DNA of 64,000 bases from Cystobasidiomycetes sp. EMM_F5 (taxonomy: Eukaryota): positions 620,001 through 684,000 of the forward strand of contig JBPGPT010000003.1 in the NCBI GenBank assembly GCA_051047955.1, in the 5' to 3' direction. The notes below the pieces were generated by a model, which was not told the origin of the DNA, made no database searches, and saw only the letters and a list, made by a program, of their open reading frames with translations. Positions 13,489 through 25,248 of the stretch are shown piece after piece. Positions within the stretch are counted from its first letter, which is position 1, and each line of letters opens with the position of its first letter. The translations under genes were made by a program, and so were the position numbers.

Positions 13489-14843
13489 ATGCCTTGTCCA
13501 CATCCACAATCAGCGACATCTGTTTCCAGGGCGTTGGCCGTTGGATCCCTGAATCAAAGCGTGCCCGTTTCGTTTCCAGTCTCTGATGCAGGATCGACCC
13601 TCTATTTCGCTTCTGCCACCGACTTTAGCAGATATGCGAAGGACGCGCTGCTCCAGAGTCATCCGCTTGCGCCAATCGAGCAACACAACACGTCCGTGAC
13701 TCTCAATGCTAAGTCTTCGCGGCTGATGATCCGAGACTCATCCATTACAGAACGAAAGCAATCACGGTGACTTGCAGAAACCATCGAGCAGTACGTCACA
13801 GTCAGCTCATCCAGACGTCGGCTGACCTAGTCAGCGTTCTCCTCTCTCGCAGCCGTATTCCCAGCAGCGAGGTACCCATTGCCCCTGGGAAATGCAGGCG
13901 GAGCGAATCTCCGGCAGTGGCGGCAAGACACTCCGGTTGCTATCGTCCAAAGTCGTGCCGTATCACAATGAAGCTTGCATCTGAAAATTAGCAAATCCAG
14001 GTCGTCCGTGGGATGAAAACCCCCACAGAACGACGTGGCAATCCTGGGCCATCGCTGATTGTCAGGCGACATTCCCATACAATGCTGAGATTTCACTGAA
14101 AGTCAAAGAAGAGGATAAGCTGGTGATGCCTCCGCCAGACGCGCAACCTGGTCGAGGTCGGAAATTTCAACCTCGCTGCCTTGCTTCGCAATTCAAAGCA
14201 GGATTGAGACGCAATGAACGGACTGCATACCCTCCATACAGCCGCCCAGAGTCTACACACATCACTAGACCTACTGTGCTGCGCAAAGCGGACCCAGACG
14301 ATTGTAAGTGTGTCGTCCGGCCGGCAAGAGGAGAGGAAAAGGTGGAGAAGCTGGCTGCATACAGGATTCGCGTTAAGATTGAAGACAAGGAAACACCGAG
14401 TAATATCGTTAAGGCTGAGGATGGAATAGAGCCTTCTTTATCGCTGAAAGCGATCTATCGTCGCTCAAGTAAAATGCCGCCGAAGCAGCTCCCAGGGACC
14501 ACGGCAGCCTTGGCGAACACCCCCTTTCTTCAACTCTTTACGTACGGCGAGAGTGTCACACGGCCTTCACGCTCGGGAGCATGATGATGGCTTGGTAGTG
14601 TCAGAAGCTTGTCACTCGTCCGGCGAACCCGTTGCGTGCACGACGTCTGCTATCGATGAAGCTCTGGCACGTCGCAGTGTTCCATATTATCAGGACCTGT
14701 CCTCCGCGGTCGCTCCGGTCGCAGACATTTCCTGCCGACGTTCAACGGGGCCTCTCCCGCGCAATGTCGCTGGCGCAATGAGAAATTTTCCACTGTCAAT
14801 GCTGCGTTCGACTATCGCCGTGGCGGAAGTACGGAAACGATAG
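13489..14843 (+). pseudogene. Paralog B of the WRKY/GCM1-like protein, no PHD seen, interrupted by one in-frame TGA (13982-13984); ends approximate
   Basis: Near-identical blocks to paralog A: YAKDALLQSHPLAPIEQHNTSV, ITVTCRNHRA, PYSQQRGTHCPWEMQAER and GRKFQPRCL. Same intron positions. TGA aligns with TGG of paralog A and the frame stays open to 14584. Confidence 0.6.
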
Positions 14844-15651
14844 TGTTTGATCCGATGTTCAGGCGATTGGTCCTGAGGCGCTGCGGGAAGCGAATCTGCG
14901 CAACGAATGGTCCATTCCCTGGTCTCGAGCATCTGTGGCAGCATTCGCTTCTTTGCAACCGTGTGCAGTACTCTTCATCCTTTACCTTACTCTTCCTTTT
15001 GCCTGTGTAGGACGACGACAAATGACAGGATCACCGTCGACCAGCCTGATGTAGTCGAGGCCCATTTTTAATCATAGTCAGCAAGATCCGAAAGCTCCAA
15101 CGCAGTCCAACAGCGAACGTTAGAGAAGGGCATAAGTGCGAGAGTGTAGGGCGTTAGTTCTGTTAGCGAAACCTGTAAATAGCTTGGCAGTCAGCAAAAG
15201 TCCAAGGCTGCTCAAATGGGCTAGCATGACCGCCGCTTAGTAGTCGCACTGCTGCTTTCGCCTCAAGATTGACGACGTCTGTATCGAACGTTTCTCTCCA
15301 ACGTTTTGGAGGACGTGTGGCTCGCGTTTCTTGTGGCTTCTGAGTCGGTTGACGACATTGCTCTACACCGCCGGTCGAGTCACGGTCGCGGTGTGAGCCA
15401 ACGAAGAACACGCAGTGCATGGCAGCGCATGCAGGATTCGCAGACGGAGTAGAGCTTCGGCACTCAGCAGACATGCACGTTTCCGTAGCAATGAAGTGCG
15501 GCGAAGGACGAGTGCTTTAGCTCCCTTTGCCAGCAAAGCGTGAGGCGGCTATACTAGTTATAGGCCGCAATACAAGCTCAATAGCTAGGTGAACATTTCC
15601 CGCACATTCAAGTTTACAACGTATAGTAATTTTGTATGCCAACGTGCCAGC

Positions 15652-18600
15652 CTACACGGCACCGCATCTGAAAATACTGTTTTCCAGCTGCCACTCCAGG
15701 ATCGAAGTCAACGCCCGATTCGTTACTTGCGACGAATGCCAGATTCGTTTGTGAGTAGGGGCCAGCTCCGATGCTCCTAGACGAGTCTCAGATGCCGCTG
15801 GCATGGCACTGTCAATGGAGTTGAAGTGCTCAAACTGGCTCTCGCTTGGTGAGTGTATGTCGTACGCTACCTCAAAAAGCGCCGCATCCACAAGATCCAG
15901 GCATTCATTCACGCTTGTTGCAGAGAGCATGCAGTTGCGAAGATTCATGAGTACGTGATTCAGAATCTCATTCGTCGAGGAAGTGCCATCCATGGTATCA
16001 GCAGAAAGCGGTGCGACAGGCAGAACAATCGTCGAAGCTGGTCGGGTAATACTTTCACCAGCCTCAGAAATGCTTTTCGCTGATTGACTGTCTTCTCGCT
16101 TTTGCATTTCACTGGCATGCTGCTGTAGAACGCGCTGAACGGACCATGGTGCTGGCTGAGACAGAGCAGCTTTCGGTAAGACCGAATTGGTGGAAGCCGA
16201 TGAATAATGCGAATTATGGGAGGCTTCTCTTTGTCGCGGTATATCGCTTTGACTGTCAAAATCCGACGTTGTGTATGAAGGGCTTGAGTCCGGCGCGGAT
16301 GCCATCTCTGTGGATGCAGGCAGATAACGCACTACTGACTCGGCCTCAACTGGAGCCCCAACGCCACGAAGCTCTTCCACGTCTACCCTAGGAGTGGGTT
16401 TGCGTTTGACGAGAGAAGTCCGTCGTCCTTGGGCTGGTGCTGAGGGATGACTAGCACTATTTCGAGGCGAGCTATCCACGATTTGGTCGCGATCTACGCG
16501 ATCTAGTGGGTAGGTTGCTGGAGACAAGGAATACGATCTGTCGGATCTGCTCGAGATGGCCGACGCGGCGGAAGGTCTTCTTGCTTCTTGAATCGAGACT
16601 TGGGCCAAATGGGGTTGGCGTGATGTCGCAGCAGGCGTAATGGCACTATCTCGTGGTGGTGTGAAGGGAGGAGTGTCGAGGCCGAGGGCTTGTCCATCAA
16701 AGTTGCTGCTTAGTCGGCCTGTGGGTACATGATAAGGCGATTTGGGCGTGTACAGGTCATGCTTGCTGTGTTCGGGTGTCAGCAGCGGAGCAGCGTACTT
16801 CCTTATATTGATCTCAGTGGATCCTGGGTACCCTTGTGGGCCCGATGAAGCTCGGCAATCGAGAGAGCCAACCTTGGCCGGGAAGGCATAATCGCCACCA
16901 GACAAAGGCATTCCAAAATTGAGTGGAGGACTCCAATCATCTTCAATGGGCTTGTATTGCTGTGAAATCTTGCGTCCCGTATTATCACCGGCAGGTATCG
17001 CAGTCTTGCCCAGGTCACCTTGGTCCTTAGTCAGGGTTGCCGAAGAACTTGATGCGAAATTGTGTCCGAGGCTTAAGCTTCCTTTCTTGAGTAGGCCTCT
17101 GAGACGGCTGCCAGTCTTTCCCGACATTGATTGACTAGTAGGCGAGGTAGGCTCAGGTGCAAGTGCAAGTGCACCGAAGCTTACAGATGGTGGCGGAGGT
17201 GCATTACGGAAGAATGCAATCAAATCGTCATTTGCACCCTTCTCACCGATAGCTCTTTCGTCCTTGGCTACCAACTTGCGTCCCGGAGGGCGTCGTACTG
17301 GTCCATCACCGTGAGCGAACACCTCATGCGAGGATGCTGTAGTTGACAAGTTGGGCGAGCTCTTGTGTGAAGTCAGACCATATCGGTGTGCTGAATTGGC
17401 CGTGGATGCGCTATTAAAAAATGCGTCCGCTACAGGGTGCTGCGCAGCTTTCGGGCCCGGTGGCAGCGGAAAATCACTGAGGGTTTGGCCAGTTGCACCT
17501 CCTAAGCCAGTGCCAGTGTACGTCGCACTGCTTCCAGCTGTTGACGGTCGAAGCGAGGTTCCAGTTCCGGGGCGAAGGGATCCGGATTGCACGTTAGCTG
17601 AGTTGGTGCTCGCGAGCATCGACTCCATATTTGCAATCGGAGTAATCTGCCGAGATGGTCTCTGGCTAGGACGACCAGAAGTCACCATACTGTCACTCGC
17701 AAACCTCTTGTACGCTCCGACGTGAGTACCGAGCACCTTTGGTGCTGCCTCCTCCGGTGTCTTTGCTGCCCAAGGAGGTTCACTGTTGAGGACATCCATA
17801 AACGATTCTTTCTTGCCATTCCGGGCGCTGCGGGGAACGATACCCAACGCAATCAAGTCCGCATCTTCAGCTAACTGATTGCTTGCCAGATCCTCTGTCC
17901 GTTCGTTGTCGGCCTCTTCTACGATCGCATCGCCGCGAGCTTGACGTGCAGTACGTGGAGTAAGGCGATTGACACGAGGAACGACGGAAGGCACACTCGC
18001 GGACGTCGGGGGTGCGGACGAGTGAGTCTGGCGACCCTGTCGCCGTAAAAGAACGCATGTCAACTACAATCTCAAAAAGCGATGTGCGACCAAGATACAC
18101 ACCTGCGTCCGGCCAGTACCACCTCGCTCGCCATCAGTAGACCGCGAGAGCATCATTCCAGGGAACTTGAAGCGACTCGGCGTCAAAGACATCTTTACGG
18201 TCTTGTCGCCCATGATGAGCTCGTCAAAATCGTCGGCCAGGATGGTTGATGTTGAGCTCCGCGACTGTGCAAGGCTGTTGCTTGCGCTCGCAGCGTATCC
18301 TTGTAGCGGATACTGACTTATCTGATGGTGACCTGTCGTGGCTGCCGATGTCGCTGGTCGGACCTGACCGGCAGATTTGGAGTATGTATGGGATACGGGA
18401 TGACCAATTGAAGCGGATCGTGGTTTTAGCTGCGGTAGTATAAGACGCGAGTAGGCGCACAGAGGACAAATCAAGTCAGCGCATGGTCTTTTGCTGCAAA
18501 AGTTTTGGAGTTCGCACGCTCGGTAGCGACGTTTTACAGCCTCTTGATCGAGTCCGAAGGGTCTCAACGAGTGGAGCGGTCGAAGCGACTATCTCTGATA

Positions 18601-20183
18601 CGTCTCGAGCTTACCTCGTTGAAAGGACCTTGACCAGTTAAGTCAACAAACGCCATCATCTCTGTCGATACTTGTGCGTTGCTGTTCGACCCTGCACTGT
18701 TTGTCCTATTCCTGCTTGTTGTGACTGGTATGCCAGATATTCGTCCAAATTGATCCGGAGTTGCTGAGACTGGTGTGTTACTGGAAGAAGGTATGTTGCT
18801 ATGTAGCGACTTGAGCTTCTTTCTCCTGACGAGCGATCCCTTCTTCTCAAGTATTGCCGGTCTTCCAATTGCAGGAGCTGATGATGCTAGTCCTGCACCA
18901 ATGGCTACAGCGGATTCGGGGTGCGATCTATCGTATGCTGATGATGTCACAGATTGCAGTGCATGCGTCGATGAGGGTATGATAACTGATTGAGTCTTCT
19001 GCTGCCGAAGCGTAGGTGATGACGGCGGCGGTGACAGCGAAATGACAATATCAATATCAAGAGATGGCAAGATGTGATGCGCAAGTGTTATAGAGTTTGA
19101 GTCGATGGTAGGCGGAATAAGCGTAATCGGATTGTCAGGTTGCAAGGGGTTTGGCGTAGAATGGCGACGCGAATTGCGTTTGTTTGAGAAGGAGAAAGGC
19201 GAAAGTAGAGACATTGTCATGGAGGTAGACGCCCGAAAATGGATCCGCAAATGAGTAGCGGGCAGAGAGGAAATGGGCGAGTGCATGTCGAGGGACAAGG
19301 ACATGGATTCAGGGGTCAAGTGGCATGGAAAGGAGAATATGCAAAACTTCAGCAAGGGGTAGTATTGTCAAAGCTCTTCAAAAGAGGGACTCACGAAAGC
19401 CTTCCATAGCATATTGAGGGCTATATCATCATACATTGCATCGTTCAGCTCTGCCAGCCCTGCTACGTTTTTGCCCCAATCCTGCTCGACTACCTTCGCA
19501 CAAAGCGAAACGACAAATTTTGCCAGGAATATGTTGATTGCTGAAGCATACACGCACAACAACGGTGAAAGTGCCTCCAGGCTGATATTATTCGGTGACG
19601 CGAAGAGCTGTGTTGCCGCTGCTGCCGTCGAAGCTGTCGAGGTAGTCGGGAAAGCAGAGCGCGTTCCGAGGGGAGATAGTCTCTCCAGTGCATTCTGTAA
19701 TTGTCTGTACACGTCCTGTATGTTCCGACGTTCTGGCCTGAATGTTTCAGTCATATCAAGTAAGGGCGAAGGCAACGGAGAGGGCAGCGCAAGGGCACTG
19801 AGAGTGCTTCCTCTTCGAGACAAGGTAGCAGGATGACCGAAAAGTGCAGGATCCGAAGCTTTTCCCCTTCTTTGTATCCACTCTCTCGCCTCCACTTCTG
19901 CATCAAGAATAGCGTCTCTGGCGAGTATGGATGCCGGGCAAGTAGGTGTTTTACCGACAGAGTGACTTGTGATGGCGTGCGTGAAAGCTTCCTTGTACTG
20001 CACTATGGATAGCGGTTGATTGGATGCACCTGCTTCATTGACCAAACAATCGACGGTTTCTCGCAGGAGGAAGTCCAGGAATGCATTAATGGATTCTACG
20101 GTCGCAGGATGCAGAGAGATTGACCGTGCAGTGCTTGCGTACCGAGACGCAGCACCCGCATGAACATAGCTTGTCGCTGGCAT
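15652..20183 (-). CDS. Large conserved-fungal-type protein of unknown function: folded N-terminal helical region plus long S/P-rich disordered region
   Basis: ORFs 19368-20183, 18564-19355, 18064-18567 and 15652-18063 are joinable by GT-AG introns (first 19394-19002, phase 0). Motifs ESINAFLDFLL, DDFDELI.GDKTVKMSLTPSR, SFMDVLNSEPPW and DLIAFFRNAPPP. Confidence 0.75.
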
Positions 20184-21578
20184 ATTTGCAAAGAGTGCGA
20201 CGAGACGAGCTAGAACGACGAGATTGGGTGCTTCGACAGGGTGAAGCTGTTTATATCGTTATGTGAGAGAGTAAGCTATTCCCTTGTCGCATTCGAATTA
20301 CCGATAGATCCGGTGAGGCGCCTGTGCACCCCAGCGCCTTCTTGGAAGCTCTCGGTATCAGGACTCGGCCAGTTCTTCTATCCAAAGCAGTGCGAACAGC
20401 ACGATATCAGCATGCAATCAGACCATCAGCGTTACTAGTGTCAGCCATGTCAGCGTCTCTTCTGCCTCGCATTCCAATCCTCGAAGCTTCTCTTCCCATT
20501 GTTGCAAGGGCCTGAGCTTAATTCTGGCCGTTGACAACGGGTGTCCGTGGTGCATATGGCAGTCGGCTCTGAGCTGTGCAGCGTGCAGCGTGAGCAGTTC
20601 ATGTCCCGACATCTGCATGCTTCCTTCGTGTTGCAGCTCTCTTCCAACCGCCCAAACGTCAGCTCTTGAACTTGTCTCAGAGTGATCATGACGTCTCTGC
20701 CAGACGCGACAAAGTCGAGCACCTCGTAAACGAGGCATGGCTTGGACACCTAACAATCTCGACACTGACTTCCTGCTCCCTACACACCATCCGCCATGAC
20801 ACTGCTCGAAAAAGTCAAGTCGCACCAGGAGGAGCAAGAGTGAGTGGCATCCGGGATTTGTCGACGAGTTGGGCTGATGATGCAACTCGTGCTTCAACAG
20901 ACGTAAAGGCCACTTGAATACAAAGAAGCACATGGTCAGCGAAGAGAGAGGGAGCGGCGTAGGACTGCGGGATGAGCTGCACGCTTCACACGACAAGCGT
21001 CATCATCCAGAACGACGTGGACAGCCAGTGTCGCCGTCAGACACCTCGAGCCAGGATGAGCAGCCAAAGACGTCTGGTGCGACACAACCAGACGCAGCTG
21101 TATCGGCACCGTCTGCTGTGAGTTGCCTTCCTTCCTGAATACTCCGCATTGCTCTGACGGCCACTCGGCTGGTGTAAATCACAGGAATCCCATGCGTAGC
21201 TTTCTCGACTTGAAACACAGCTATACTGGCCGCCAGTCCTTGCACATACACGCAGCTTGGATTGAAGCAGTGCAGTACGCTCAAGATCCTCTTCCTCTCA
21301 CTCTTTACGCGCTGTTACGCAAATCACGTGTACAGCAGGAGCGCGCGAATGTTGCGGAAATGTGCTTCACGGCATTGTTTGGCATTGAGTGATGAGGAGT
21401 ATATTGTTGTAGTATATCTATTCATCGTCATACTTGATTGCGTCGTCAGAAGACTTGTTTGTCAATTTCAAGCTCAAGGCTCAAACATGCAGCCGTTCGG
21501 GCGGCAGCTGTCTTGTCACGACACAATGAATTGACCTGATTTAAATGATGCCCGTAATGACTGCCATTGACCCCCAGC

Positions 21579-23391
21579 ATGAATCTGCCTCTACACCAGA
21601 TCATTCCCGAGACGCCCACACCGCTGTACACTCAGGTCATTGACCCATCCGGGCGTATCGTATGCTCAGCCGGCGGTGGGGTAGATGCGCCAGCAGGAGG
21701 AGCAGTACACTCAATCTACCCTAGGCCTGCCAAATGCCGGGTTCCGCTGGCTTATGAGAGACCGCTAAGTCTGATTGTGCCGTACGATGGACCAAGTAAC
21801 CTCTTATGGCTGGTGTCTGTTCCGGTAGCAGTGTCTGCACCTGCGTCTTCACGGGGATCCTCATACAAAGCAGGCAGATACGACACACCGCCGACTGCTG
21901 GACGAGAAGAGATACAATACCGCAGTAAAGTGACACTGTGGGATGACGTTGGTCAAACTAGAATACTGGAGCTCGGGTTCAGAGAGCCAGTGCTCGGCTT
22001 GAGGTGCAGAAAGGACAAGCTCGTCATTGCCTGTTTGAAGCGGATCATCCTGTATAGGCTTGACTTTGGGGCAAACACGGACCGCTCACACGCAGTTACG
22101 AAAGAGGGAGAGTATGAAACGGTCGACAATCCGAAAGGTAGATTGCCTTTCAGCTACAGCAGCATCATACATGACTGACGAAGTATTTCTCTCAGGCTTG
22201 CTTGACATTGCGACTGCTGCTGGATCATCCCTCTTGGCTTTTCCAGGAAGACAAGTAGGGCATGTACAGTTAGTTCGCTTGCCAGCCCTCTCCCATCAAG
22301 CGCCGTTCTCCACGGACCGCACATCATCAAAGGGCAAAGGCCCACAAGTGCCTCCTTACTCGACCATTCACATATTCCTCGCTCATGCGTCAGCATTACG
22401 CACACTTACCTTGTCATCCACCGGAAATCTGCTCGTAACGTCGTCCAACAAGGGAACTCTCCTCCGGATCTTTGACACGCGTAGCAAGCACCTCGTCCGC
22501 GAGCTAAGGAGAGGTTCAGATCAGGCGGACATCTGGTCAGTAGCTGTGGCTGACCCGGATCGCGGTCACAAGGTCGCTGCGGTCAGCGACAAAGGCACTG
22601 TACACGTCTGGAGTGTAGGAGACCTTACTTCGACAGCAGTACCGTCAACTAAAGTACCGAATCAGCACTCGAGAGAACGAAAAAAGTCGTCCGGCTCATC
22701 GAGCGGGAATACAGCGCTCAGTGCGATAACGGCAGCAGGAAAAGGTATACGACAGCTTAAGCCCTACTTACCCGCGTACTTTTCGTCACATTGGTCAGAC
22801 ATGTCTTGGAGAATCCCGCCTACGCGCCCTGCCCCGCCATCTACAGCTTCTCTGGCAAACGCAGCGAGCGGAGTGATAGGCATAGCTCAAGCATTCAGCG
22901 GGACGTCATCTTCTGAGCAGAGTTCTGGCTCACAGACGAGACAGCATCTCGATGAGAGACTTGCTGAAGAGGACGAGGTAGCAACTTGCGTCTTTGTACC
23001 ACCCATCAGTAGCTCTCCCCATGATTCTGCATCGCGCCGCGAGGCCTTCAACAAAGACAAAGAAGAGCAAGAGTATGAACTTATCGTAGTAACGCGAGCG
23101 GGTGCGTGGTATCGTCTCGGTCTTAATGGCACGGCCGCGGAAGCACAAGCTCCTACTGCGAACCTCCGCAAAGATGGAAGAAGTAGTAGAAACCGGTCGT
23201 CTTCAGCCATTCTACAACCGCATATCTCGAACACAACACGAAGGAGTGATTCCGCTAGACCGAAGGACACAACAGATACGTCTTCGAGCGACGGACAGCT
23301 GGTCATGCTCGAGTATCGCAAGCTGCCATTTCCAGATCGTGGGGATGGAGACGTCTGGAGCAGTGACGAAGAGGAGCCGGAAGACAGCTGA
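21579..23391 (+). CDS. HSV2: PROPPIN WD40 protein (Hsv2/WIPI family)
   Basis: LAFPGRQVGHVQLV, AHASALRTL, SNKGTLLRIFD, the ELRRG phosphoinositide-binding motif and SDKGTVHVW. One intron ~22138-22195. Confidence 0.88.
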
Positions 23392-23549
23392 CGAATCTTG
23401 GGCAGGGTAGGTGCAGGTCCTAGTCAACGTGAAGTTGTGTGAGATATTGCAGCAATAAGCGTCTTGTCGTTGTAACATAGCCGTGCATTGGTCAGGTACT
23501 GCCATGCATGCGGTACGCTTAAGTGGTTCGCAACCAGCTGTTCGCCATA

Positions 23550-25028
23550 ATGACAACGCAGACAGAAGCATTTAGTCACACTGATGACGCAGATGCAGCG
23601 GCCGCTGACCCTCTAAATATTCTCCGAAGATTTACGTACACGCGCCTGCTGAATGAAGGTGCGTCAAGACTTTCAGTATGTGGCAGCATGTGAGGATCTG
23701 ATGTCCGTGCCCATGATATACAGATACACAAAGCCGTTCAGTAGCCCTGCTTGGAACATACGCAAGCCCCGACGGACCCGATGTACCGGCCATATTGCAC
23801 GTAGAGCGTCTAAATTTCGAAATCTCGTCGCTTCATCAGCTGGTGTCGAGCCTAAGCGACGCGAAGCAGTTGCTGATCAACGACATATATCACCTATTCT
23901 TGGCTTGGAGCGGATCAGGTGAAGGCGTGCCGGCGGGTTAGTATGTCCCGACACACGTTCTTCAGAGATCAACCTGAATGATGCATCTGCAGATCTGAAG
24001 TTGACACTCACGCAGCCAGCAACTGAAGTAGTGAGTGCCGGTCTATCTCTTGCATCCCCGTCAACAGCTTGATGACTATCATCCGTGACCAGCATATCCG
24101 GAAAGCTTCAAGCCAAACATATCGAATGGTTCGCGAAACGCCTGCCATGTATGAGAGCATCGTTAGGCCATACATCCAATCATTTCCACCCGAGCGTCTA
24201 AACTGGTATGGCGCCTGCTCTTTACGTACTCTGAATGAACGAACCCTGACTCCCAAATTTAAACAAGGGTACACAATATACTGTCACATAAGAAGGAGAG
24301 CGAGAACATTGTCTTCGAGGATCCAGATCCGGTCAATGGTTTTCTCATCCTACCTGATCTGTCAGTATGGTACGCTATTCCTCTAATGCAATGCTAACGA
24401 AGTCGTGGCTCAAGGAAATGGGACCAGACGAACGCCTCAATGCTGTATTTACAGTGTATAGTCCATACAAGAGGCATTACGTGCATCCGAGACTTGACAC
24501 CAGATCATCTACCCATGCTCCGTAACATCAGGAGACAATCAGCTAGAGCGGCACAAAGCAAATATAAGGTGGAGCCTGGCCAATTGAGGATGTTTGCTCA
24601 CTACCAGCCGAGTTTCTGTAAGCTTTCTTGCGTTGCAAAATCCAGTCATACTTTTAACAACATTCTGATCGGCAGACCACTTTCATATACACATCGTACA
24701 TATAAGCTGTCATGGCTACGCCGGGGTAAGGACTCCCGAATTTGTGCTGCCGCCGTAGCAAGGCTGACCTTCATTCAACGCTAGTCTACCATCGGTCAAG
24801 CGCATTTACTGGACACCATCATCGATAATCTCGAGCTGGACTTGCAGGAGCCAGACTACGCTACTCGCCCGAGCTACTATGCTCGCAGAACTCTTGCATA
24901 CGGACTGGGAGAGCAGGCACGTACGATCACTTTACTTTGTCTTTTGGACTGACCTCCCGCAACAGCACGGCCTCTTCCCGGCTCTATGGGCAGCTACTCA
25001 AGAATCTGAATCCGTTTTGACAACATAG
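23550..25028 (+). CDS. DCS1: m7GpppX scavenger decapping enzyme DcpS (HIT family)
   Basis: Spliced product has NDIY, VRETPAMY, WVHNIL, GFLILPDLKWD, IRDL, HYQPSFYHFHIH (HIT triad), QAHLLDTIIDNL and YGLGEQHGLF. Confidence 0.93.
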
Positions 25029-25248
25029 ATATTGGTCTGACATCAAGCGTACGACGCGGGCGCGCAGAGATCATGACTGAACCGTGTTCGGACCTCGAGC
25101 AACAGTAGATCATCGGAATTTCAGCATACGAGTGCGGTCAAGCCAATACGTGTACGACCATTACTACGCGTGCTATGAGAGTGCATACATCGTGCTATAA
25201 TTCGTCATCACCGACAGCTGGCTACTGTGATGCTTACATTTATGCACA

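Noticed and set aside
9821..14843. Intact MULE transposon
   Set aside because: No DDE catalytic domain, terminal inverted repeats or target-site duplication were recognised.
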